A stretch of 64,000 nucleotides of DNA from an uncultured Deferribacteres bacterium. GTDB taxonomy: Bacteria; Zhuqueibacterota; Zhuqueibacteria; Zhuqueibacterales; Geothermadaptataceae. Shown piece by piece: positions 9,901 to 19,513 of the stretch. The DNA lies in the NCBI GenBank assembly GCA_964014485.1, contig CAXHAT010000005.1:95-64094 (forward strand), in the 5' to 3' direction. Below the pieces are notes generated by a model. The model saw nothing but the letters and a program-made list of their open reading frames with translations. It did no database searches and was not told the DNA's origin. The position numbers and the translations under genes are program-made. Every line of letters begins with the position of its first letter. Position 1 is the first letter of the stretch.

Positions 9901-10589
9901 AGGGCGTTTTTGAGCTTGATCTGCGCTTGCGTCCCTGGGGGCGTGCGGGGAGCTTGGCAATTCCGCTCAACCTTTTCGAATCGTACTACGGCGCCGACGG
10001 CCCTGCGTGGCCCTATGAAAAACAGTCGCTCATAAGGCTGCGGCCAGTGAGTGGAGACAAAGCGCTGGCAAATGAGATTGTCGCGATAAGAGATCGATGC
10101 GTTTACCAAGGCGACGCGTTTGACGCCGAGGGTATGTACGCGATGCGCGAAAGACAATTACACGAGCTTGTGGAAGGCGGGACGTTTAACGCGAAATTTA
10201 GCCGCGGCGGACTCGTTGACCTGGAGTTTCTTGTTCAGGGCTTACAAATCAAACATGGCGGCGCCATGCCGGAAGTGCGGCAAAACAATACTTTTCTGGC
10301 CATGCAGGCGCTAAACAAAGCAGGCGTACTTTCCCAGGAACAGTTTCAGGAACTTTCCGCGGCGTATTTGTTTCTGAGCAGGCTCATAGAAGCTTTGCGG
10401 ATGGTTCGCGGCAATGCAAAAGACTTGGCCGTTCCGACCGTCGGTTCCGAAGCCTTTTCTTTTTTGGCGAGACGGTTGGACTACTTTGACGATCAACATT
10501 TACAAGAACATGTTCTTATGCATACGCTGAGCGTCAGAAGAATGCTTGCCGCCTTTTTTCCGGAAAGTACTCAGGCAAAAGTTTTGTGA
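6909..10589 (+). CDS. glnE: glutamine synthetase adenylyltransferase/adenylyl-removing enzyme with a central tandem ACT-like insert
   Basis: Two GlnE nucleotidyltransferase cores are present ([25 protein letters not shown] and [26 protein letters not shown]), each followed by a GlnE helical region. At 1226 aa it is longer than the ~950 aa of classical GlnE. The extra central region has two ACT-like units ([36 protein letters not shown] and [49 protein letters not shown]). The TTG start is uncertain. Confidence 0.85.
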   Translation: [1226 protein letters not shown]

Positions 10590-10598
10590 TCGCTCAAA

Positions 10599-11411
10599 TC
10601 AAGGTTTGGTAAATAAAGGCGCCGCCACAAAGCCAAAGCCTAAGCTCAGCCCCAGGGGACGCGTGGAAACGCCGCCGCTCCAAAACGTCTGTTGGTTGAT
10701 AAACCGAAGGCCGCCAACAGTGAAGCCGATCCCGTCTCTATCCGGCTTGTTCGAAGCAACGTAGTAAACGCCGCCAATCCCCCGCGTCTCTTCAGGATCG
10801 TATAATGCTTGAAATTTTTCCGAATGCGTCACGCCTACGCTTGCCGTCAGATACGTTTTAACCTCGAGGCGATACAAGACGCCGGCGTACATGCTTGTTG
10901 TCTGCATCTTAACCTCCAACGCCCTGTGTTTATATTCGTTTAGCGCCGTATCAAGGGAAACGTCATCGTAGAAGTTTTTTTGCTTCGAAAGCCTGCGGCT
11001 GCCCGACCAGCCCGCCGAAAACCCGAGGCGCGACTGGTTGAGATATTCAAATTGAAAACCATAACGTGCGGCCGGGAGAATCGCGCTATATTGCACAAGC
11101 CACACGCCATTGTTGGCGTAAATTTGGTTTTTTCGCTCTTCGTACCACTCCAATTTTGAGCGGCCGTTCTCTAAATCGAAAGTCACCAATCTTCCGTCGT
11201 CGCCGACGATTTTGTCTATTTCAGAAAGCTTGAATACAAGCGTATCTTTTTCTGTTGAAGCTTTTACGACATGCCGTTGTTTGGATTTGAGCAAGTGCGC
11301 CTTCACACGGTCGCCGTTTTTGAGTATAAAAGTGTCTTGTGCAAAAACGGCTAAGGGAATCAGGGAGAAGAAAATAGTTAGAAGTCGCATAAATTTTTTT
11401 GACGCGAACAA
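10599..11411 (-). CDS. secreted hypothetical protein (possible outer-membrane beta-barrel)
   Basis: 270-aa ORF with a signal peptide (MRLLTIFFSLIPLAVFAQ). The C-terminal half has alternating hydrophobic beta-strand-like segments. No family recognised. Confidence 0.5.
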   Translation of the reverse strand: MFASKKFMRLLTIFFSLIPLAVFAQDTFILKNGDRVKAHLLKSKQRHVVKASTEKDTLVFKLSEIDKIVGDDGRLVTFDLENGRSKLEWYEERKNQIYANNGVWLVQYSAILPAARYGFQFEYLNQSRLGFSAGWSGSRRLSKQKNFYDDVSLDTALNEYKHRALEVKMQTTSMYAGVLYRLEVKTYLTASVGVTHSEKFQALYDPEETRGIGGVYYVASNKPDRDGIGFTVGGLRFINQQTFWSGGVSTRPLGLSLGFGFVAAPLFTKP

Positions 11412-11829
11412 AAATGAGATCGATTTTGAGAAGGCTTTTCTGGTTCAAATATTATAAGGGCGCCGTCGCGTATTTGAGAAGTAAAATTCTGGTCATTCAA
11501 TTGTCGATTCGTTGAACAGGTTAGTGAAAATGTATTTGAATCTCGCTATATTTTTCAGTAGGTTAGCGCCATCTTCTTGTCGTCGGCGACAACCTGCAGC
11601 GCAACTGATGAAACAGATAAAATGATTTAATTGCCGCTTGTTCTACGCACTGCTTTTGACTATCCGGTAAATGAAAAACAGGGGGTTTTCAAACTGCCAA
11701 ACAACATTTGGGGCACTGTTGTTGTCATGAATATCAGGAAGATTTTCAGCAGCTATCTGATGACGGAATCTGGATTGCACCTTTGAAAACGTTTATGATT
11801 CGTTTTGCCTTGCAAAGGATTTGTTGAAA

Positions 11830-14019
11830 ATGATAAGATTCTTCAGTTTTTCTCGATCCCGCTTTGCTCATCGCCCCCTTGCGTTCTGGGCCGCCGCCTG
11901 TTTCTGCTTTGCGCCTTTTCCCGCCAAGTCTTTCCAAGACTCCGACTTTTCACAGACGTTCCCGACGCCTAAAATTCTGGAGCCCAATGTTGAATTCTGG
12001 AAAAAAGTGTACGGCGTATATGACGAAGATCAGGTGATGATTCATGACAAAGATGACCTCGAAGTCATCTATGAAGTCGTAAATTTTGAAGACTTGATTC
12101 CAAATCATGAATCCGTCAGTATGCGTCAAAAATGGAAGCGAATTGCGGAAGTTAAGAAGGGCTATGCAAAAGCGATTCGCTCATTGGCGGGAAAGATTGA
12201 CAGCAATGGAAAATTGAATGTGATGGAGCACCAGGTTTTGCAGGCGTTCGGCGGCTCGGTGACAAAAGACCGCCTATTGCGCGCCGCTCGGAACATCCGA
12301 GGACAGCAAGGCTTGAAACAAAGATTTCGCAAAGGAATAGAGCGCGCCGGACTCTACATGGACAAGATACGTAAGACGTTTCGTGAATACAACCTGCCGC
12401 CGGCGCTTGTCTACTTGCCGCATGTTGAATCGTCTTTCAATTACAAGGCTTACTCCAAAGCCGGCGCTGCGGGCTTGTGGCAGTTTACGCGCAGTTCAGC
12501 ACGAATCTACAAAATGAAGGTCAACTACGACATCGACGAACGCTTCGATCCAGTGGCGGCGACGGCTGCGGCGGCAAGGCACTTGGTCGGCAACTACGAA
12601 TTGCTGAAATCATGGCCTCTTTCAGTAACGGCGTATAATCACGGCCCAAACGGCATGCGAAGAGCAAAACGCCAGTTCGGCGACGATATGGGCACAATCG
12701 TCAGGCGATACAAAAGTCGCAGCTTCGGCTTTGCATCACGAAATTTCTACGCTGAGTTTTTGGCGGCTTATGAAGTCGCGACTAACTATGAAAAATATTT
12801 TGGGCCGGTCGTGCCGATGAAGCCTATCAAGTACCTTTCGTTCAAAACGAAAAAATACTACAGCGTCAGCACGCTCATGACAAAATTCGCCCTTACGAAG
12901 AAAGAGTTTCAGCGTTTTAACCCGGCGCTTCGTCCGCCGGTTTTGCGCGGGCAAAGGCGAATTCCGCGAAACTATACCCTGCATGTCCCGGACAGACCGA
13001 TGATCGATGAGAAAGCGGTCTGGGCGTCACTTTCGCCAGCCGAAAGTTTCGATGCGCAAGTGCATACGGATTGGTACAAAGTCAGGCGCGGCGACAATTT
13101 AGCGGCGATTGCACGACGCGTCAATTCATCGATTCCGACGCTCATGGAATACAACAATTTGGCAAATGCTCATCGCATTTACATCGGTCAAATCTTAAAA
13201 ATTCCGCCGAAAGAGAATGCCCGAAAACCTGAACCGAAGCCGTCGGTCGTACTCGCGGACATATCGCCGGTTAGACCGAAAACTTCGCCAAAGCCTGCCG
13301 TGACAAAAGCGCCAGCGCCAAAAGTTACCGTTAGCGACAAGACCGACGTCGGTTCGTCGCCGAGCAAAGCCGCATCGAAGAGTGAAAAATCCATTGAAAA
13401 GAAGCCGGTAATCGTTGAACTGCCGGAACTCCTGGAACCGACAAACGGTTTGGCGACGCCGATAACAGAAATCGCGCCGCCCAACATGCGACTTGAATTG
13501 GCGGCGGGAGAAAAAGCCGGTTACATTTTGATCGCTTCAGAAGAGCCGAGAGAAGAGGTTCGAGAAATAGGCGCGAAAATTTTTGTTCCGCAGCCCGTCT
13601 CGGAATGGATCGCCGTAGAGCCGGAAGAAACGCTTGGACACTACGCCGAATGGCTGGAAATTACCGCCCGCGAACTGCGACGCATTAACAATTTTGCTTC
13701 AAATCGAGAGATTCAAATCGGGCAGAAAATTCATTTGAGCTACGAAAAAGTCAATCCGGAAGAGTTTCAGCGCCGCAGATTTGAATTTCAGCAAAGCATA
13801 GAAGAAGATTTTCTGACCTCTTTTTCAATCGAAGGCGTTAAGACGCACACCGTCAAGCGCGGTCAATCGATTTGGTACATCACGAATCGCCTTTACGATT
13901 TGCCTTTGTGGCTCATCGTAAAATACAACCCCGGCAGAGAGTTGCGAGAATTGCATATCGGCGATCAGGTCAATATTCCGGTCGTTGTTGAAAAGCAAGA
14001 GCCGCAACGAGGCATGTAA
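11830..14019 (+). CDS. membrane-bound lytic murein transglycosylase D-like protein with LysM domains
   Basis: SLT catalytic block: LPHVESSFNYKAYSKAGAAGLWQFTRSSARIY. At least two LysM-like units are present (YKVRRGDNLAAIARRVNSSIPTLMEYNNL...IYIGQILKIP and HTVKRGQSIWYITNRLYDL...LHIGDQVNIP). I preferred the ATG at 11830 over the TTG at 11821. Confidence 0.85.
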   Translation: MIRFFSFSRSRFAHRPLAFWAAACFCFAPFPAKSFQDSDFSQTFPTPKILEPNVEFWKKVYGVYDEDQVMIHDKDDLEVIYEVVNFEDLIPNHESVSMRQKWKRIAEVKKGYAKAIRSLAGKIDSNGKLNVMEHQVLQAFGGSVTKDRLLRAARNIRGQQGLKQRFRKGIERAGLYMDKIRKTFREYNLPPALVYLPHVESSFNYKAYSKAGAAGLWQFTRSSARIYKMKVNYDIDERFDPVAATAAAARHLVGNYELLKSWPLSVTAYNHGPNGMRRAKRQFGDDMGTIVRRYKSRSFGFASRNFYAEFLAAYEVATNYEKYFGPVVPMKPIKYLSFKTKKYYSVSTLMTKFALTKKEFQRFNPALRPPVLRGQRRIPRNYTLHVPDRPMIDEKAVWASLSPAESFDAQVHTDWYKVRRGDNLAAIARRVNSSIPTLMEYNNLANAHRIYIGQILKIPPKENARKPEPKPSVVLADISPVRPKTSPKPAVTKAPAPKVTVSDKTDVGSSPSKAASKSEKSIEKKPVIVELPELLEPTNGLATPITEIAPPNMRLELAAGEKAGYILIASEEPREEVREIGAKIFVPQPVSEWIAVEPEETLGHYAEWLEITARELRRINNFASNREIQIGQKIHLSYEKVNPEEFQRRRFEFQQSIEEDFLTSFSIEGVKTHTVKRGQSIWYITNRLYDLPLWLIVKYNPGRELRELHIGDQVNIPVVVEKQEPQRGM

Positions 14020-14061
14020 TCCGCCCTTGTCAGTGCATGGCATGGGGGCGTCAGCTTGAAG

Positions 14062-15276
14062 TCAGGAAGTGATGGTAACGCCGACTAACGTCGCGTCGTC
14101 CGGCAGGATTTTATTGGCAGTGAAGCTTTGCGCCGCATGAATAATGTGTTTTGGCCTTGCTTGCAGATTCAAATCAAGAGATTCCAAAAACGCTTCATGT
14201 AATCGATCCTCGCCAAAATCTTCATTTTCTACATTGTGCGGTTCCAGAATGCCGTCGGTGTAAAGCAGAAAATCATCCCCCCTGGAAAATGGTTGTTCAA
14301 TCAAAGTAAATTCAGTTTTTTCAGTCAAGGCGACAGCCAGATTTGGCGAACGGTGGTGCAAAAGCCGCTTTTCCTCTTTTTGAAAATGCAGCACCGGAGG
14401 GTGCCCCGCCGTTGCAATGTGCGCGATTTGGGTCTGGAAATCGAACAGAATCGCCGCGAAAGTCACGAAGGTTTGTTTGTCGGAAATGCCATACAGCGTT
14501 TTGTTCAAGTTCGCCAATAGGGCGGTCAAGCTGGCGCTTGTCCCGATTTGGCTGCGCATCACGCCCTTGGTTGTGGCGGCCATAATGCTCGCACCCACGC
14601 CATGACCCGAAACGTCGGCGATGGCTACCAGCACTTTGTCGTTTCCAATTTCAACAATATCAAAAAAGTCGCCGCCGACCGCCAAAGTTGGTTTTGTCAC
14701 GCCGTAAATTTCACACCATTTATTTTTGAACGGCTTTGCGGGTAAAAGTGACTGCTGGATTTTTCGCGCCACATCCATTTCGATTTCAAGAGATGTTCTT
14801 TCTTCCACCTCGCGATTGACCACGCGCAAAAATACGGCGTACCCTGAAGCAATAAATGCCATGGCAAGAAAAGCGGCGACTTGCCTTCTGGTTCTAATGA
14901 TCCCCTCGGCGTCAATGCCTGTTAGAGCGGCTTCAGCTTTATCTCCGGCAAAAAACGAGATTATTTCTACACGCGTCAGCATGAGCGCAACAAAAGCGAT
15001 GGTGATCCAGGCGATTTTGTTGCGCTCGTGTCCATTTAACAGCAAAGCTGCGGCAAATCCGCCGGCGAGCAGCGTCAATGAAACCAGGTCTACCCAAAAC
15101 AGATCGGAGTTCGCGCTCTGAATGAGCACATTAATTGGCCCGAAAGTCGCGAAAATGAGTGCAACGGCGAGGGCAAGGCGACGCAGCGCCGGTCTGCCCA
15201 TATTGCGCCAGATGGAAAAATCCGGGTTAAAGTTTTTTTGAAAAAAGCGTCTCAGAGATGACTGATGGGGAGGCAT
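14062..15276 (-). CDS. membrane-anchored PP2C-family (SpoIIE/RsbU-like) serine phosphatase
   Basis: The N-terminal part has multiple TM helices. C-terminal SpoIIE block: GGDFFDIVEIGNDKVLVAIADVSGHGVGASIMAA ... LLYTDGILE ... DDATLVGV. Confidence 0.85.
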   Translation of the reverse strand: MPPHQSSLRRFFQKNFNPDFSIWRNMGRPALRRLALAVALIFATFGPINVLIQSANSDLFWVDLVSLTLLAGGFAAALLLNGHERNKIAWITIAFVALMLTRVEIISFFAGDKAEAALTGIDAEGIIRTRRQVAAFLAMAFIASGYAVFLRVVNREVEERTSLEIEMDVARKIQQSLLPAKPFKNKWCEIYGVTKPTLAVGGDFFDIVEIGNDKVLVAIADVSGHGVGASIMAATTKGVMRSQIGTSASLTALLANLNKTLYGISDKQTFVTFAAILFDFQTQIAHIATAGHPPVLHFQKEEKRLLHHRSPNLAVALTEKTEFTLIEQPFSRGDDFLLYTDGILEPHNVENEDFGEDRLHEAFLESLDLNLQARPKHIIHAAQSFTANKILPDDATLVGVTITS

Positions 15277-15338
15277 TTAAAAAGCTGCGTTGGATATGTG
15301 GAACAGGCGACCGCCCAAAATCTCAAGGCAGCGGTACG

Positions 15339-16646
15339 TTACCGCGCCTGAGCAAGACTTGCTTCAAAATCAAAAATCGGTTCTTTGTCCAAATTCAGGC
15401 CCAGGCGAAACAACAAGACGTCGCGCGCTGAAGTAAAACGGAGCATCTCGCTTTTCGCAATTGGATCGCCGGAGCTGGATTTCATCCGCAACGGGTTGAT
15501 CGGCTTGCCGTTTTGGTACATCGTATAATGCAAGTGCGGGCCGGTGGAAAGCCCCGTGGAGCCGACGTAGCCAATAACTTGATTTTGCGAAACTTGTGCG
15601 CCTGCTCGCAGTCCGCGTGCAAATCGGCTCAAATGGCCGTACAACGTCACGTATGTTCCGTTTTTGTGTGAGATTTTGATGCAATTGCCGTAACCGCCGT
15701 TCCAACCAGCGGAAATGACTTTGCCGTCCGCTGATGCGACGACGGGCGTACCGCGCGGCGCTGAAAAATCCACGCCGGTGTGAGCGCGAACGCGTTTGAG
15801 AATGGGATGAAATCTGCCGTAGGAAAAATAGGAGCTTATGCGGCTATAATTCAGCGGTGATTTGAGAAAAGTCTTTTGGAAGCTGCGGCCTTGCTCGTCA
15901 TAATAGCGCATAAATCCTTGTTTATTGGGAAAGCCGTAAGCTGTGAGCGTCGTATCGCGCTTGATATAAGCGCCCGCCAGAATATCGCCGTACCCGACAA
16001 AAGTGCGCTTGCCGCCCTGTCCGTCGCTGACAAATTCTTTCTCAAACAAAATCGCGAAACGATCGCCGACGCGCGGGTCCATCAGGAAATCGACGTCCCA
16101 TTGGAAAATGTCAGAGAATTTTGAAATGAGTTCCGGACTTTCGCCGGTTTTTAACACGGCTGCGTAGAGCGAAGTCTCAATCTCGCCAAATATTAGCCCC
16201 GTATCAATCATTCCCGGGAGCGTATCGACGCTCGCCGTGAAATTATCCAAATAATCTCTTCTAACGATCACCGTCGTGCTTGCTGACGGCTTGTACTGGA
16301 CTTCACGAACGCTGCCGTAATCGTCCCGCGCCAGCTTGATTCTTTCGCCTGCTCTAATCTTTTTGGGGCTGAAAACCTTCCGCATCGCTTCAATGATGCC
16401 GTAAGCCTGCGCGGAAGCAACATCGTTGTTTTTTAGCAGGGATGACAGCGTTACGCCCCGCTTGAGCATGATTTCTTCAAATTGGACTTCCATTGAATTT
16501 GTGGCTGGCGCGGCGGGCGGGACAATGCTTGCTTTTACAACTTTTTTTTCGCTCTTGGGAGCGTTTGAGTTGGCTCCCACAAAGAACGCCATGGCCGACA
16601 AAACTAGAACAGGCGGTAGAACAAACAGACTTCTTTTAAAACTCAT
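15339..16646 (-). CDS. M23 family metallopeptidase (MepM/Csd3-like murein endopeptidase)
   Basis: It has a signal anchor. M23 motifs: HTGVDFSAPRGTPVVASADGKV ... GSTGLSTGPHLHY. Confidence 0.9.
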   Translation of the reverse strand: MSFKRSLFVLPPVLVLSAMAFFVGANSNAPKSEKKVVKASIVPPAAPATNSMEVQFEEIMLKRGVTLSSLLKNNDVASAQAYGIIEAMRKVFSPKKIRAGERIKLARDDYGSVREVQYKPSASTTVIVRRDYLDNFTASVDTLPGMIDTGLIFGEIETSLYAAVLKTGESPELISKFSDIFQWDVDFLMDPRVGDRFAILFEKEFVSDGQGGKRTFVGYGDILAGAYIKRDTTLTAYGFPNKQGFMRYYDEQGRSFQKTFLKSPLNYSRISSYFSYGRFHPILKRVRAHTGVDFSAPRGTPVVASADGKVISAGWNGGYGNCIKISHKNGTYVTLYGHLSRFARGLRAGAQVSQNQVIGYVGSTGLSTGPHLHYTMYQNGKPINPLRMKSSSGDPIAKSEMLRFTSARDVLLFRLGLNLDKEPIFDFEASLAQAR

Positions 16647-16847
16647 GAGATTGTTGAATTAGATAATTTCCTTGCCCACACGAAAGACTAAATAAAGGAT
16701 TTACTCCGAAACGCGCTTTAAAACGTGTACAATACGCTACATTCTGAACATTCGCGAATCTCGGCTTGCTAACGAAGCAGACGAACGGTCGGCCCGGCGT
16801 AATTCTGCAGGGCAGTACATTTATGAAAGAATCATGTTAAACACATT

Positions 16848-17804
16848 TCAGCGCTTCACGAGAGAAGAGAATTTTTCCAAATCAATATTCCCTCCGCTCA
16901 AAATTACGGCAATTTGGGCGTCACGCTCGCGCTCGGCGATTTTTCGCGCCGCCGCGACAGCCACCGCTGAAGTCGGCTCGATGATTTGCTTTATTTCATC
17001 CGCCGCAAAACGCAAATTTTCGACAATGTCATCTTCAGTGACCAGCAGAATCTCGGCAACGTATTTCTTGATAATTTCAAAAGTCAACTCGCCGATAAGC
17101 GGGACCTGCATGCCGTCGGCGATTGTTTGAGGAACGGGAATTTCAACACGTTCGCCTTTTTGCAGAGAAAGAAATCCGGCGTTCGCGCTTTCCGTTTCAG
17201 CGCCAATGATTTTTATTTCCGGGCGCTGCGACGCAATCGCCGTTGCAATTCCGGAAATGAGGCCGCCGCCGCCGATTGGCGCAACGACATAATCCAAATC
17301 ATCGCTTTGTTCGAGCAAATCCAGGCCAATTGTACCTTGTCCGGCGATGATCTCGGCGTCGTCAAACGGCGGGACGAGCGTACGACCTTCCGTTTCACAA
17401 ATGTCCTGCGCAATTTGGGAGCGATCTTCCTTGTAGCGATCGTAGAGAATGATTTCCGCGCCGAGTTTCCCGGTCGCCGCCAATTTGTAGGCCGGCGCGT
17501 CTTTTGGCATGACGATTTTGGCATGAAGACCAAGCAGCTTTGCCGAAGTCGCAACGGCGCGCGCGTGATTGCCGCTCGAAAAAGCAACGACCCCGTTGCT
17601 GCGCCGCGACTCTGGACTATTTGATATTTTGTTATATGCACCGCGCAGCTTGAAAGCGCCGCCTCGCTGCAAATTTTCACATTTAAAGTAAAGATCGGGA
17701 TCGCCCGGCTCGCGCTCATTATTCGAAACGAGTAAAGGCGTTTTTCGCACGACCGCCTTTATCCGCTTATGGGCGCGTTCAACATCTTTGAGTTCTATGC
17801 TCAT
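16848..17804 (-). CDS. PLP-dependent threonine/serine dehydratase (short form, no ACT domain)
   Basis: PLP-lysine block FKCENLQRGGAFKLRGAYNK and glycine loop APIGGGGLISG are present. The 318-aa length fits the catabolic/serine-racemase-like subgroup. Confidence 0.85.
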   Translation of the reverse strand: MSIELKDVERAHKRIKAVVRKTPLLVSNNEREPGDPDLYFKCENLQRGGAFKLRGAYNKISNSPESRRSNGVVAFSSGNHARAVATSAKLLGLHAKIVMPKDAPAYKLAATGKLGAEIILYDRYKEDRSQIAQDICETEGRTLVPPFDDAEIIAGQGTIGLDLLEQSDDLDYVVAPIGGGGLISGIATAIASQRPEIKIIGAETESANAGFLSLQKGERVEIPVPQTIADGMQVPLIGELTFEIIKKYVAEILLVTEDDIVENLRFAADEIKQIIEPTSAVAVAAARKIAERERDAQIAVILSGGNIDLEKFSSLVKR

Positions 17805-17998
17805 GAGAATTCGATTCCAGAAAAAATGTCAACACCGAAAACGTTGCAAAAATAACCAAAAGCCCCGCGAATGCAAGCGATTACGGATTAAGCGGCGAAG
17901 ATCAATTTGTGGAATTTAGGAATGATGAGCGTTCAATTAAACAGCCGTTCTTGCGGTCTTACTCAATAAGTCACTCTGGAGTCACACGCTTTAGTGTC

Positions 17999-18124
17999 AA
18001 CTCGTTCCCAAACTCCGGTTTGGGAATGCAAATGGGCGAGAAATTCCGGTTTCGAGCCAAGGAATTCACTCGAAACTGGAGTTTCGAATGCAACTGCGCT
18101 CCCAATCCAGAGATTGGGAGCGAG
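17999..18124 (+). repeat. two tandem family-C REP-like double-hairpin units
   Basis: Unit 1 (17999-18058) is ctcgttcccaaactccggtttgggaatgcaaatgggcgagaaattccggtttcgag. Unit 2 (18067-18124) is cactcgaaactggagtttcgaatgcaactgcgctcccaatccagagattgggagcgag. Unit 1 matches 2099-2161 in inverted orientation. Confidence 0.85.
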
Positions 18125-18490
18125 AATTTTGGGCGTCTCGAAATTAGGTCGATGGTAATATGCCTCCGCGGAATGACGTGTAGAGCAAAAATTTTAGTCA
18201 AATGCCGTATCATTGGCCAGCCTCGTAACATCAGCAATCAATGGTCAGCACAGGTTGCGCTTTACCCTTGCAAATTGTGGATGCAGTGAAATATAAAAAG
18301 CCGGCTGCTACGCCTAAGGCGCTGCAACCAGCTTTCATTATGCATGGGAGGTGAGATTAGAGATTCTTCCTATTCAGTTTTCCAACCGCACTTGCGGTTT
18401 TGATCTGGAAGCAGTTCACTTCGGAGCCAAACACTTCAGCGTTTGTTTGAGCAACTTTTCATTCATGAATCATCGCACTCCAGCCAAGAG

Positions 18491-19513
18491 TCACTCAGAA
18501 GAAGCCGTGCCGAGTTGAACCAGATCGCCGACGCGAAGCTGAACCGCGAAAGAGCGTTCGTCCTGCTCGCTTTCAAAGGTCAGCATTTGCGTGACGTGAA
18601 TCGAAGCGCCGAGCAGATTTTCGATCTCGAATAATTTAGCCAGATCTTCAGCCGGAATGGCGAAAGAACCGTCATTCGTTTCCAGCAGGTAGCGTCCGGG
18701 ACGTTCGCCGTGCTCGTGGTCGCCGCGACCGCCGTCACCGCGCCCTTTGCCGCCGCGTCCGCCTTTGCCTTTACCGCCTTTTCCGCCGCCGCGCTCGCCG
18801 CTTTGTTCGCCCATTTGAAAAGCGCTGCGATCGAAAATCGGTCTGATTGAAATTGCAATCGGCTGGTCGCTAACGCCGCCTTCCCAAGTGACGGTTAGTT
18901 CCCCGTCTTCAGGAAGAACGCCGTTTTCCGGGCTGGTTATCGCTAAAGGATTCGCCGGAGCAGTGACGGCCACGGAGACTGCATCGAAAACGTCAGAGCC
19001 GGAAGCTGAGAAAGTGTAGGTTCCGCCGGGGAGAAAGGGAACTTCCACAACCGGAGTTTCTTCTTCCATGCCGCCGTTGCGTCCGCCGCGCACTTTCTTG
19101 CCCAGGCTGTAGAAAACGCCGCCGTTCCGCTGCTCAATTTTCGAAAGTTCCTGTGACGCGTCGTCATAATTTAAGGCGACAGCGCCCATATCGATGCCGC
19201 CGCGTCCGCGACCTCTGTTGGCGGCTTCAGCGTCCGGGGCGAGTGCAAACGCTTCGAAATGTGTTTGAATCGTTTCATCCGTCCGATTGTAAAATTCTTT
19301 CCAGCCGAGTGCGAAAACAGCGTCTTTACCTTCCAAATCCACGCGACCGCCGATGGAAGCCATTTCTGCTTCAACGGCGGCGGCGCGGGCGAGTTCGGCT
19401 TCCGAATCAAGCGTATTTTCATCCACTGAACTCAGACCAAAATTGTTGCAGCCAATGGTTGTGCTCAAAAGACCAATGACGGCAAGCTTTGCCAAAATTA
19501 GGGTGCGTTTCAT
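18491..19513 (-). CDS. hypothetical lipoprotein with a Gly/Lys/Arg-rich low-complexity tract
   Basis: Signal plus lipobox (LLSTTIGCNN). Internal tract: GERGGGKGGKGKGGRGGKGRGDGGRGDHEHGERPGR. No family recognised. Confidence 0.6.
   Translation of the reverse strand: MKRTLILAKLAVIGLLSTTIGCNNFGLSSVDENTLDSEAELARAAAVEAEMASIGGRVDLEGKDAVFALGWKEFYNRTDETIQTHFEAFALAPDAEAANRGRGRGGIDMGAVALNYDDASQELSKIEQRNGGVFYSLGKKVRGGRNGGMEEETPVVEVPFLPGGTYTFSASGSDVFDAVSVAVTAPANPLAITSPENGVLPEDGELTVTWEGGVSDQPIAISIRPIFDRSAFQMGEQSGERGGGKGGKGKGGRGGKGRGDGGRGDHEHGERPGRYLLETNDGSFAIPAEDLAKLFEIENLLGASIHVTQMLTFESEQDERSFAVQLRVGDLVQLGTASSE

Noticed and set aside
17909-18289. 126-aa (+) and 88-aa (-) ORFs in the 17.8-18.5 kb gap.
   Set aside because: They are composed of translated REP hairpins (for example PNSGLGMQ, PEIGSENF) with no start signals. 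This is a typical repeat artefact.
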